The position numbers and the translations under genes were made by a program. From NCBI GenBank assembly GCA_030431555.1, contig JAUIIP010000001.1, positions 2,062-66,061 of the forward strand: a DNA stretch of 64,000 nt. Reading direction: 5' to 3'. This document shows positions 46,881 through 55,815 of this stretch, one piece after another. This DNA is from a bacterium. GTDB lineage: Bacteria > Bdellovibrionota_C > UBA2361 > SZUA-149 > JAGRAN01. Each line of letters starts with the position of its first letter. Positions within the stretch are counted from its first letter, which is position 1. The notes beneath the pieces are model-generated. The model was given only the letters and a program-made list of their open reading frames with translations, made no database searches and was not told where the DNA came from.

Positions 46881-48839
46881 GTGGCTGCCGAATCAGAAAC
46901 AAAATCAGACAAGAAGATGTGCCCCGACTGCGGGGCGCGATTTGAGTCCGATAAGACTACCTGTCCGCACGATGGGAGCTTCCTGGTCGACGATCAGCCG
47001 AATGAAGACCCTCTGATCGGCAAGACGATCGACAACAAGTATCACATACTTTCCAAGCTCGGGGGCGGCGGCTTCGGTGCCGTTTACCGTGCCGAGCACA
47101 AAATGATGAACCGCACAGTGGCGCTCAAAGTGCTGCATCATCACCTGCTGGATGGTGACGCCAGAAATGAATTTCTGGTCAGGTTCCAGAGAGAGGCGCG
47201 AACTTCAAGCAAGATTGAACACCCCAATGCTATTACCATCCATGACTTTGGAATCTTTGAGAACAGCCCATACCTGGTGATGCAGTATGTAGAGGGACGG
47301 ACATTAAAACAGGTCATTAACGATCACGGCGCCCTTTCGATCGACAGAGTCGTAGCTATTGTTGAGCAGGTAAGCGGAGCGATTGGTGAGGCGCACGAAC
47401 TTGGGATCGTTCATAGAGATTTAAAACCGGATAACATAATCCTGAGCAGCGCCAAGGACGGCACCGAGCGGGCGATCGTGCTGGACTTCGGGATTGCTAA
47501 GATTATGACTGAGGACAGCAGTTCCCAGTCGATGCAGCTTACTCAAACCGGCACTATCACAGGAACTCCACAGTATCTTTCGCCGGAGCAGGCCCGGCAG
47601 TCAGAGATCGACGGCAGGTCGGACATTTACTCATTGGGCATCATCACCTACGAAATGCTGACCGGGCAGGTCCCATTTACGGCGGACTCCGTAGTTGCCG
47701 TACTGATGAAGCATATGAGTGAGGCGCCTCCGCGTTTCGAAGACCTAAGCAAGAAAGTCAATATCAAGTCTGAAATCGAGGAGGTCGTTAGAGCCGCCCT
47801 CGAGAAGGAGCCCGACAAAAGGCCCGCAACTGTCAGTGAGTTTGCGAGCGCGCTCGCAAATGCCGCCGGCATCAATCCAGGCACGCCCGTCAGCTTCGGA
47901 TCGTTAATCAAAAAGAGCGATACTCCTGCGACTTCGACGCCTTCATTAAAGATCGAAGTCAAAGTGCCGCCCAAGAAGGAGCTGTTCGGACTGATCGCAA
48001 CGGCTGCTGTTGTTTTCCTTGTCGGTTCTTTCTTTGTTATATCGGACGACGAACCCGGCACGCCGGAAGCTAAGGAGCATCAGATAAATACGTCTGAGCA
48101 AAAACCTGAAGGCGCTCCCGACTGGGTCGAACTGGATAATTCCGAAAATCCATCTGACCCGGCGCAGGCATCGGCCGATAATCCTTGGCAGAGCCTGCTC
48201 TCAGACGCTGAAACCGAGAAAGCAAATAAGAATTGGGACAAAGCGGCGGAGCTCTATACAAAAGCGATTGAGATGGGAGCGGACGATGCGGAAATTTATT
48301 TTAAGCAAGGAGACGTTCTGATAAACGCAGGCAAACTTCAGCAAGCTGCTGAGAGCTTTCGCGCCGCCGTAAGCCGCGATCCGCTCCACGAAAACTCTCA
48401 TGCAAGTCTGGGTTATGTTTACGGTGAACTCGGCAATCTGGACTCTTCTCTCAACGCGTATAAGAATGCTTTAGAGATTTCGCCCGAAAAGCCGCTGCTG
48501 CATAACAATGTCGGTTTTACGCTTTTCAAAATGAAAAAATACGAAGAGGCGAAAAAAGCCTACGGTCAGTGTTTGAAAATCGATAAAACTTATAGTCGCT
48601 GTATTTACAATCTGGCTGATATTTTCAAACAAGAAAAAAGCTACGACAAGGTAGCGACTCTTTATCAGCTTGGCTTAAAAAGCGAGCCAGACAACGCCCT
48701 GGTGCATTACGCACTCGGTGAAACCTACGAAAAACTAGGGCAAAAGCAGGACGCAATTAAATCCTACCAAGAGGCCCTAAGGCTAGACCCCAATTTACGG
48801 AACGCCCAGAAACGATTATCTGTGCTGGGAGCGCGGTAA
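46881..48839 (+). CDS. Hanks-type Ser/Thr kinase with N-terminal Zn ribbon, TM and external TPR domain
   Basis: CPDC...CPHD; GGGGFG, VALK, HRDLKPDN, DFG, GTPQYLSPE; TM; multiple TPRs. Confidence 0.95.
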   Translation: MAAESETKSDKKMCPDCGARFESDKTTCPHDGSFLVDDQPNEDPLIGKTIDNKYHILSKLGGGGFGAVYRAEHKMMNRTVALKVLHHHLLDGDARNEFLVRFQREARTSSKIEHPNAITIHDFGIFENSPYLVMQYVEGRTLKQVINDHGALSIDRVVAIVEQVSGAIGEAHELGIVHRDLKPDNIILSSAKDGTERAIVLDFGIAKIMTEDSSSQSMQLTQTGTITGTPQYLSPEQARQSEIDGRSDIYSLGIITYEMLTGQVPFTADSVVAVLMKHMSEAPPRFEDLSKKVNIKSEIEEVVRAALEKEPDKRPATVSEFASALANAAGINPGTPVSFGSLIKKSDTPATSTPSLKIEVKVPPKKELFGLIATAAVVFLVGSFFVISDDEPGTPEAKEHQINTSEQKPEGAPDWVELDNSENPSDPAQASADNPWQSLLSDAETEKANKNWDKAAELYTKAIEMGADDAEIYFKQGDVLINAGKLQQAAESFRAAVSRDPLHENSHASLGYVYGELGNLDSSLNAYKNALEISPEKPLLHNNVGFTLFKMKKYEEAKKAYGQCLKIDKTYSRCIYNLADIFKQEKSYDKVATLYQLGLKSEPDNALVHYALGETYEKLGQKQDAIKSYQEALRLDPNLRNAQKRLSVLGAR

Positions 48840-48841
48840 GC

Positions 48842-49744
48842 ATGCAGGGACGCATGGTCGACTTTTATGTAGTAAATGCCTTCGCAGCGAAAGCCTTTGG
48901 CGGCAATCCGGCAGGAGTTGTCACCGACGCGGCAGAGCTTACAAGCGATCAGATGCAGGCAGTCGCACGACAGCTAAATCTCGTCGAGACAGCTTTCGTA
49001 TGTCCGCCGGACACCCCTGAAGCCGATATTAAACTGCGCTACTTCACTCCGATAAAGGAACTGCCGATTGCGGGCCATCCAACGATCGCCGCCTGGATCG
49101 CTCTCGTAGAAGATGGAAAGTTCAGCATTAACGGCAGGAACAGCTTCAGGCAGGAAACTAAATCCGGGCTCAGAAAAGTCGACCTTGTAAGCAGCCGCGA
49201 GGGTCTATTTGTACGGATGGACCAGCCGCAGCCGCGATTCGTGAAGACGCCTCTATTCGGCTCAGATATCGCGGATGTATTTGGAATCGACTCCAAGGCA
49301 ATCATCCACCCAATACGCGGGGTGGATACAGGTCTGGGGCACCTCGTATTCGGAGTTGACTCGATTGACACTTTGATGAAAGTCCAGCGAAAAAAGGAAC
49401 AGCTAGCAAAACTATGCGAGCGCTTTGGCCTTGCAGAGGCCCAGGTGTTCGCACTTGAAGCCAAAGAGGACGGCTGCGATCTCCATACCAGAAACATCTG
49501 CCCGCGTGACGGTATTGAGGATCCCGCCTGCGGCGTGGGCAACAGCGCACTTCTTGCCTACCTGATGGACTGCAGAATTCAGTTCACGGATGACAGTGCC
49601 CATATGACCGCCGAACAGGGTCACGCCGTCGGCATGCCTAGCGTAATTCACAGCTGGGGCAAGCGCCTGGACAGGGATAGCTACTCGCTGCAGATCGGTG
49701 GAACAGGCATAGTGATGGTAAAAGGGCACATCAGAATAGCCTGA
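48842..49744 (+). CDS. PhzF family isomerase/epimerase
   Basis: VNAF....FGGNPAGV, ETAF, RYFTP..E....GHPT, EDPA.G. Confidence 0.92.
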   Translation: MQGRMVDFYVVNAFAAKAFGGNPAGVVTDAAELTSDQMQAVARQLNLVETAFVCPPDTPEADIKLRYFTPIKELPIAGHPTIAAWIALVEDGKFSINGRNSFRQETKSGLRKVDLVSSREGLFVRMDQPQPRFVKTPLFGSDIADVFGIDSKAIIHPIRGVDTGLGHLVFGVDSIDTLMKVQRKKEQLAKLCERFGLAEAQVFALEAKEDGCDLHTRNICPRDGIEDPACGVGNSALLAYLMDCRIQFTDDSAHMTAEQGHAVGMPSVIHSWGKRLDRDSYSLQIGGTGIVMVKGHIRIA

Positions 49745-49808
49745 GCTAAATTTCTGGGCTATCCGGCAATAGGCTGCTACGCTTTACAACGCGTAACTAC
49801 GAGCCAGG

Positions 49809-50129
49809 GTGAATGCCATGTCAAACCAAGAGTACTCCGACGCTCCAACCCCCGAGCTTGGCAGCATAGTGTTGGTGCGATTCAGCTTCAACGACGAAGA
49901 CGGGAACACGGTCGAGAAGAAAGATTTCTTCGGCAAGATCACCAAAATTAACGACCAAGAGGTAGTGCTTAAAAATCCGAATAACGGGGAGGAAGTCACT
50001 TTGCCTCCGCATTTCGGCAGCTACGAGCGACCGCCGAAGGGAGATTATGAGCTGCCGTCAACCGGGGAAACCGTGACGAACCCGGATTATATCACCGAGT
50101 GGACACTGCGAATCTCATCCGCAAGCTGA
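49809..50129 (+). CDS. Hypothetical protein
   Basis: 106 aa; LPP...Y..PP.G.Y.L.STGE.V.NPDY...W looks like a conserved small family. Confidence 0.7.
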   Translation: MNAMSNQEYSDAPTPELGSIVLVRFSFNDEDGNTVEKKDFFGKITKINDQEVVLKNPNNGEEVTLPPHFGSYERPPKGDYELPSTGETVTNPDYITEWTLRISSAS

Positions 50130-50130
50130 A

Positions 50131-51006
50131 TTAGCCTTCGCTCTCCAAGAGCGCTTTTATCTCGCCGAAGCGCTGCGCACGCTTCTCATCAACACTCGGG
50201 TAAACTAGACCAAGGCTGGTTAAAGACTTCACGATCGTATCTGCTACAACCATTCGCATATACGGTTTGTCGTCGGCAGGAATGACATACCAAGGTGCCC
50301 ACGGCCTCGACGTCGCATCGACGGCCTGCTTGTAAGCTTCGATATACTTATCCCAAAGCCGCCGCTCCCGAACATCAGCCTCAGCAAATTTCCAGTTCTT
50401 CTCAGGCTCCCTTAGTCTCTTAAGAAAGCGTCGCCGCTGTTCATCACGCGAAACGTTAAGCCAAAACTTAATTATAACGGTCCCATTGCGAGCCAGGTGC
50501 AGCTCGTGATCGCGAATAGACTGGTAGCGCTGCTCCCACAGCTCATCGGCCTCGGCTGTACTGGGCAGGCGCTGCGCTTGCAGTATCTCCGGATGGACCT
50601 TAACTACGAGCACCTCTTCGTAGTAGCTGCGATTAAAAATACCGATTCTTCCGCGCTCAGGAAGGCACTTGACCGTGCGCCATAGGAAGTCATGATCGAG
50701 CTCTTCACTCGAAGGCTGCTTGAAGCTGTACACCTGACATCCAGCCGGATTGATTCCAGTCATCACAGCTCGAATTGTGCTGTCTTTACCCGCGGCATCC
50801 ATCGCTTGAAACACCAGCAGCACCGCTCGACGGTCGCTGGCGTAGAGCTTTCGCTGCAGCTCGCGAAGCTCGTCAATCGAGGACTGCAGGTGCTTTTTAC
50901 AGGCACTCTTTCCCGGCGAGTTCTTGGGCGGCTCTGTCTCTGAGGACAGGGCGGCAAGGCTATTCCTGCCTCCGGCCAAAAACGGGGTGTCGATTGCTTC
51001 AAACAA
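50131..51006 (-). CDS. ppk2: Polyphosphate kinase 2 family (class III-like)
   Basis: FQAMDAAGKD, SFKQPS.EEL.HDFLWR, FNRSYYEEVL, PWYVIPAD.K. Confidence 0.95.
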   Translation of the reverse strand: MFEAIDTPFLAGGRNSLAALSSETEPPKNSPGKSACKKHLQSSIDELRELQRKLYASDRRAVLLVFQAMDAAGKDSTIRAVMTGINPAGCQVYSFKQPSSEELDHDFLWRTVKCLPERGRIGIFNRSYYEEVLVVKVHPEILQAQRLPSTAEADELWEQRYQSIRDHELHLARNGTVIIKFWLNVSRDEQRRRFLKRLREPEKNWKFAEADVRERRLWDKYIEAYKQAVDATSRPWAPWYVIPADDKPYMRMVVADTIVKSLTSLGLVYPSVDEKRAQRFGEIKALLESEG

Positions 51007-51199
51007 TAGTGGTCTCCAGAGTGAGATTTAACAGTCTAGCTAATCTTTAAAGCGCCAACAGAAATCTGGCAAATCATTCGCCGATTAGCGCGGATGTAGA
51101 CAGTATGAGGCTAAGCTTCGAACTTCTAACAACAAATTGCTTGCGAGAAGCGGCGTAGCAGACCACTATTAACACTAGTAAAAGTTTAAGGAACTTCAC

Positions 51200-52024
51200 T
51201 TGAGCAACCTTGCGCAGGAATTATGGCGGGACGAACTAAGCGGCCAGCGTCGCTCAATCCCCGCCACAGATATCGGTGAACATCCGGGTGAGGATGCACC
51301 GGCTAAGGTTTCTATAGAGCGCGAGCTTCGCTTTTTTATGCCGCTTTCGATGCTTGGCGACTATTTGAATGTAAAGAATCTCGAGAAAATCACGATAGAG
51401 CAGCATTATTTCGCCCCGGATAATTTTCCGCTGATTAGTGTATTCGCCGGAGAACTCGCAGGCGTAGGGCTGCTTCCGAGCGATCTGCGAATAACTCAGG
51501 CCCGCATCCGCACAATCACAAAGGCACATGGCGAAGGCGAAACTTGCCTGGAGATCAAAGGACGTCAACCCCATCACGATTCGTTCGAGCGCTTGGAGTT
51601 TTCAGTTCCAATCACAACTGACTCATTTTTCAGACTTCGAGAGCTGGCGGGTGCCGGCAGCCTGACAAAATCGCGCTACCGGGCTCCGGGTGTAATATCC
51701 CTAAACAACCGTGACCAGGCGCGGGTAATTGCCGAGATCGACGTATACGACAGAATCGGAAAAAACCAGCCGCTCAGCAGTTGCTCGGAAAAGCACGACT
51801 TTGCGACGATAGACGTTGAAATCCCAGACAAGTGTCTGCTCGGACCCTTGGCCGACGGAAAGCACAATTTAGATTTCCTGTTTGATGCCATAAACTTAAG
51901 TGACAGCGAGAAACGAATACAGAAATCGCTTAGCTCGCAACGCATGGCGCGCAAAGGTCTGGATAAGCGGGCTCAAGATGTCCTACTCGAACTCCATGAG
52001 AAATATCGCGCCGCGCGTGAATAA
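51200..52024 (+). CDS. CYTH-like triphosphate tunnel metalloenzyme
   Basis: IERELRF (ExExK-like), IEQHY, ARIR, RLEF, K.RY, EIDVY, DVE. Confidence 0.7.
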   Translation: MSNLAQELWRDELSGQRRSIPATDIGEHPGEDAPAKVSIERELRFFMPLSMLGDYLNVKNLEKITIEQHYFAPDNFPLISVFAGELAGVGLLPSDLRITQARIRTITKAHGEGETCLEIKGRQPHHDSFERLEFSVPITTDSFFRLRELAGAGSLTKSRYRAPGVISLNNRDQARVIAEIDVYDRIGKNQPLSSCSEKHDFATIDVEIPDKCLLGPLADGKHNLDFLFDAINLSDSEKRIQKSLSSQRMARKGLDKRAQDVLLELHEKYRAARE

Positions 52025-52178
52025 CCACCTTAATACCAAGCAATTCATACTTTTCTAACATTCGCATCCAGGACAATAGCCGCGAATTTAGTATACTAAA
52101 CCACTATTTAATGTCCGACGCGGGAAGTGACGACTCCTCGTGGAAGACACTCATTAGAAATCGCCTTTTAAGGAGACA

Positions 52179-54308
52179 ATGGAAACCCCCCGCAGCAGTG
52201 ACTCGGCAAACATAATGTCCGACCTGATCAATCTCGAAGACAGGTACATAAACCGAGAACTTAGCTGGCTTCAGTTCAATTCCAGAGTCCTAGAGCAGGC
52301 CTCAGACCAAGACGTTCCGCTGCTCGAGCGCTTGAACTTTCTGCGCATTTTCGGAAGCAATTTAGACGAATTTTTCATGAAGCGTGTCGGCGGGCTAAAA
52401 CGCCATATCGCCGCCGGCGTAACTGCGCCGAGTGTTGACGGAATGACCCCCGAGCGGCAGCTAAAAGCGATTCGACATTTCCTGATCCCACAAATGGTCG
52501 AATGGGAGCGGGTCTTCTTCGAAGAATTAAAACCCCAACTCGGTGAAAGTCGCATCGAGTTGATAACCGACTGGTCTGAACTCAGTGCAGAAGAGATGCA
52601 GTTTGCTGAAAGGCATTTTAGGGAGCAAATTTTTCCCGTCTTGACTCCGCTTGCAGTCGACCCGGGACATCCCTTCCCGTTTATTTCTAACTTATCAACG
52701 TCACTCGGCGTCTCTTTGCGGCATCCCGAAATTGAAGAACCGCTGTTCGCTAGAGTCAAAATAAGCGATCTCGATCCTCAATGGCTACGACTGGACACGG
52801 GTGCGCCCGGAAACCACTACCGGTTCCTGCTGGTTCGCGAGCTAATTCAGCAATTCTTGCACGAAGTATTTCCAAATATGGAAATACGCGCCGTAATGCC
52901 TTTCCGCGTTACCCGAAATGCAGATCTTGAGATCGATGAAGAAGAAGCAGAGGACCTGCTCGAGCTGATTCGTGAAGAACTGCGCCAGCGCCGAGTCGCG
53001 AATGTTGTTCGCCTTGAACACGGTGCCAATCCGGATGCTTGGATACTTAATTTTTTAATTGAAGAGCTCTCGCTCACCCCGGACGATGTTTACGAACACA
53101 CGGGGGAACTCTACAGCCTGGACCTGCCGGAATTTCTTGGCACATCGCTTCCGGAACTCAAATACCAGACTTGGCATCCGGCCACACCTGCTTCTCTCCC
53201 GCAGGACTCAAACATGTTCAGCCTGATTCGCAACAGGGACGTGCTCGTACATCATCCGTTTGAGAGCTTTGCCCTCAGCGTTGAGCGATTTGTCAGGGAA
53301 GCGGTGGAAGACGATCGAGTCGTTTCAATAAAAATGACAGTTTACCGAGTAGGCGATGAATCACCGCTTATCCCGCTGCTGATTGAAGCAGCGCAGCGAG
53401 GGAAAGACGTCGTTTGCCTTGTGGAATTGAAAGCCAGATTCGAAGAACAGCGCAATATTACTTGGGCCCAAAAGCTCGAGAATTCCGGCGTGCACGTCGT
53501 CTACGGCATTCCCGGTCTCAAGATTCATGCGAAAACTCTACTAATAGTGCGTAAGGAACTCGAAGGTATTCGCTGTTACGCTCACTTAGCCACCGGAAAC
53601 TATCACGCCAAAACAGCGAACCTTTACACGGATGTTGGACTATTTACTTCTAAAAGTGAGTATACCTCCGAACTCGTGCATTTCTTCAATTACCTGACCG
53701 GCCGCTCACTAAAGGACGACTATCAAACATTGCTTGTTGCGCCGCTCAATATGAACGAGCGATTCATATCGATGATTCGGCGCGAAATCGAACACAAGAA
53801 GGCAGGACGACCGGCCAGAATCGTTGCAAAAATGAACAGCCTGGAGGACCGCTTTATTATTCAGTCGCTCTACGAAGCTTCCCAGGCCGGTGTGCAAATC
53901 GACTTACTCGTTCGCGGGATCTGCTGCCTGCGCCCCGGAGTAAAGGGTTTAAGCGAGAACATCCGTGTTGTATCAGTAGTCGGCCGGTTGCTCGAGCATT
54001 CGCGGATCTACTTCTTCCAAAACGGCGCTAAAGATCCCTTAGAAGGAGACTTCTACATAGGTTCCGCGGATTGGATGGGGCGCAATTTGCATAGGCGAGT
54101 AGAGGTGATAGCGCCAGTTTCCGAAAAGCTCGGACACAAGATGTGTTGGGAGATAATGGAAGTTCTCTTAAATGACAACAGGCAGGCTTGGGACATGCAG
54201 TCTGACGGCACTTACGTGCGGAGACGATCTAGCGATACCGAAGCGGTCGGCCCACATGAAACTCTGATGCGGCTCGCCAAAGCTCAGGCGAACGGCCATA
54301 TGGAATAA
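52179..54308 (+). CDS. ppk1: Polyphosphate kinase 1
   Basis: NRELSWLQFN.RVL, SNLDEFFM.RV, HPFPFISN, HHPFESF, VELKARF, KIHAK, LEHSRI, SADWM.RN. Confidence 0.98.
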   Translation: METPRSSDSANIMSDLINLEDRYINRELSWLQFNSRVLEQASDQDVPLLERLNFLRIFGSNLDEFFMKRVGGLKRHIAAGVTAPSVDGMTPERQLKAIRHFLIPQMVEWERVFFEELKPQLGESRIELITDWSELSAEEMQFAERHFREQIFPVLTPLAVDPGHPFPFISNLSTSLGVSLRHPEIEEPLFARVKISDLDPQWLRLDTGAPGNHYRFLLVRELIQQFLHEVFPNMEIRAVMPFRVTRNADLEIDEEEAEDLLELIREELRQRRVANVVRLEHGANPDAWILNFLIEELSLTPDDVYEHTGELYSLDLPEFLGTSLPELKYQTWHPATPASLPQDSNMFSLIRNRDVLVHHPFESFALSVERFVREAVEDDRVVSIKMTVYRVGDESPLIPLLIEAAQRGKDVVCLVELKARFEEQRNITWAQKLENSGVHVVYGIPGLKIHAKTLLIVRKELEGIRCYAHLATGNYHAKTANLYTDVGLFTSKSEYTSELVHFFNYLTGRSLKDDYQTLLVAPLNMNERFISMIRREIEHKKAGRPARIVAKMNSLEDRFIIQSLYEASQAGVQIDLLVRGICCLRPGVKGLSENIRVVSVVGRLLEHSRIYFFQNGAKDPLEGDFYIGSADWMGRNLHRRVEVIAPVSEKLGHKMCWEIMEVLLNDNRQAWDMQSDGTYVRRRSSDTEAVGPHETLMRLAKAQANGHME

Positions 54309-54319
54309 CGGATTGCGAA

Positions 54320-54859
54320 GTGAAAATTATTATTCTGCGACACGCGATTGCTGAAGACCGCGATGCCTGGGCGGACAAGAGCGAGGACGACAGCTTGCGC
54401 CCGCTCACCGAACGCGGCATATCGCGCTTGCATCAAGCCTGCTTAGGGCTCAAGACCGTGGTCGATCGAGTCGACGCAATCGTCAGCAGCTCCCTAACAC
54501 GGGCGCAGCAAACTGCACAGATTTTATTTGAGTACTACCCGGACGCAGAGCTCGGGGAGGACCCGGATTTGGAACCGGGTGGCGACTTGGATTCCCTCGT
54601 CGACCGACTTGCCGATTCGAGCGATAGTGCCGTCATCGTACTAATCGGGCACGAACCCGATCTGTCGACGCTGCTCGGCTTACTAATCGCCGGTGCGGAA
54701 CGCTCAATCGCTAAACTTAAAAAAGCCTCGGCAGTATGTGTTGATTTCTCTGTAGAAAATGGAGATTTTTATGCACGCTTGCTTTGGCTGCTCCCCCCCG
54801 CTGTCCTGCGCTCATTAGGCCGAGAGCGTGAGGGCGTCGTGCAAAATGCCGTCGACTAG
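54320..54859 (+). CDS. sixA: SixA-like phosphohistidine phosphatase
   Basis: LRHAIA, RPLT..G, SS..RA.QTA, GHEPDL. Confidence 0.9.
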   Translation: MKIIILRHAIAEDRDAWADKSEDDSLRPLTERGISRLHQACLGLKTVVDRVDAIVSSSLTRAQQTAQILFEYYPDAELGEDPDLEPGGDLDSLVDRLADSSDSAVIVLIGHEPDLSTLLGLLIAGAERSIAKLKKASAVCVDFSVENGDFYARLLWLLPPAVLRSLGREREGVVQNAVD

Positions 54860-55744
54860 TGACTTGGAGGTCGGCGTGATTTCCTCAGCACCGAAATAAG
54901 CTGCAACCTCATCCAGGATTAAAGCAGCTGCTAGAATAAGGTCAACGCGCCGCGGCTCGAGTTCCGGAATCATAGCCAACTCTGATTTATCCATCACTTC
55001 GATTCGTTTGATAAACGAGCCGAGATCGCGCCTGTCGAATGGACCATTTTCGCCCGCTGCATGCGTACAAACCTTGCCAAGCGCTCGAATTGAGCCGCTG
55101 GAGCCTATTAATTTTTGTGCGTGATTGAATGAAAAATTCTTCGAAAGCTCGTCAAGCTTGCTGCGCAAAGCGCGGCGAAGCTGCAGCTGTGCCTCTTCTC
55201 GCGGCGGAGCAGACTTTAGATAGTTCTGCTGAGAACGAGCTGCGCCAAAACGCAGACTTGTGGAAAACTCTATATCGGCACCGTGGCAGAGGCTTAGCTC
55301 AGTTGAACCCCCACCGATATCAAGCAGTACCAGCGGCTCACCGGACCGCTCAAACACGCCGGCCGTCACACCAACAGCAATAAGACGCGCTTCCTCTTCT
55401 TCTGAAATAACTTCTATCTCAATTCCGGTTTCGCGCTGCACTTCTGCTACGAACTGCGCTGAATCATCGGCCTCTCGCAAAGCGCTTGTACCGACAGCTC
55501 GCACAAGTTCTGGTGAAAATTGTTCAAGCAGCACCTTGAAATACTTAAACGCAGCAATGCCGCGCTGTCTCGCCTCCTGTGTCAAACAGTTGTCATCAAA
55601 CAGACCGTCACCAAGACGGATCATAATTTTTTCTTTGCAGCGGGGCACTATTTTGCCGCTTCGACCAATGTCGAATACGTAAAAACGAACAGAGTTCGTT
55701 CCGCAGTCAATAATCGCTATGTTGTCCGGACTTTCTACGCTCAC
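54815..55744 (-). CDS. ppx: Ppx/GppA exopolyphosphatase (short form)
   Basis: IDCGTNSVR, TSALREA, EEEAR, DIGGGSTE. Confidence 0.93.
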   Translation of the reverse strand: MSVESPDNIAIIDCGTNSVRFYVFDIGRSGKIVPRCKEKIMIRLGDGLFDDNCLTQEARQRGIAAFKYFKVLLEQFSPELVRAVGTSALREADDSAQFVAEVQRETGIEIEVISEEEEARLIAVGVTAGVFERSGEPLVLLDIGGGSTELSLCHGADIEFSTSLRFGAARSQQNYLKSAPPREEAQLQLRRALRSKLDELSKNFSFNHAQKLIGSSGSIRALGKVCTHAAGENGPFDRRDLGSFIKRIEVMDKSELAMIPELEPRRVDLILAAALILDEVAAYFGAEEITPTSKSLVDGILHDALTLSA

Positions 55745-55815
55745 AGTTCGCTAAAGATATATGGTTCCGTCCCTAACCTCAAGGACGGATGCCGAGCAAG
55801 GAGGAACATCAAAAA

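Noticed and set aside
52025..52178. Pho box upstream of ppk1
   Set aside because: The TCAT/ACAT half-sites are not at the 11-bp spacing expected for PhoB boxes
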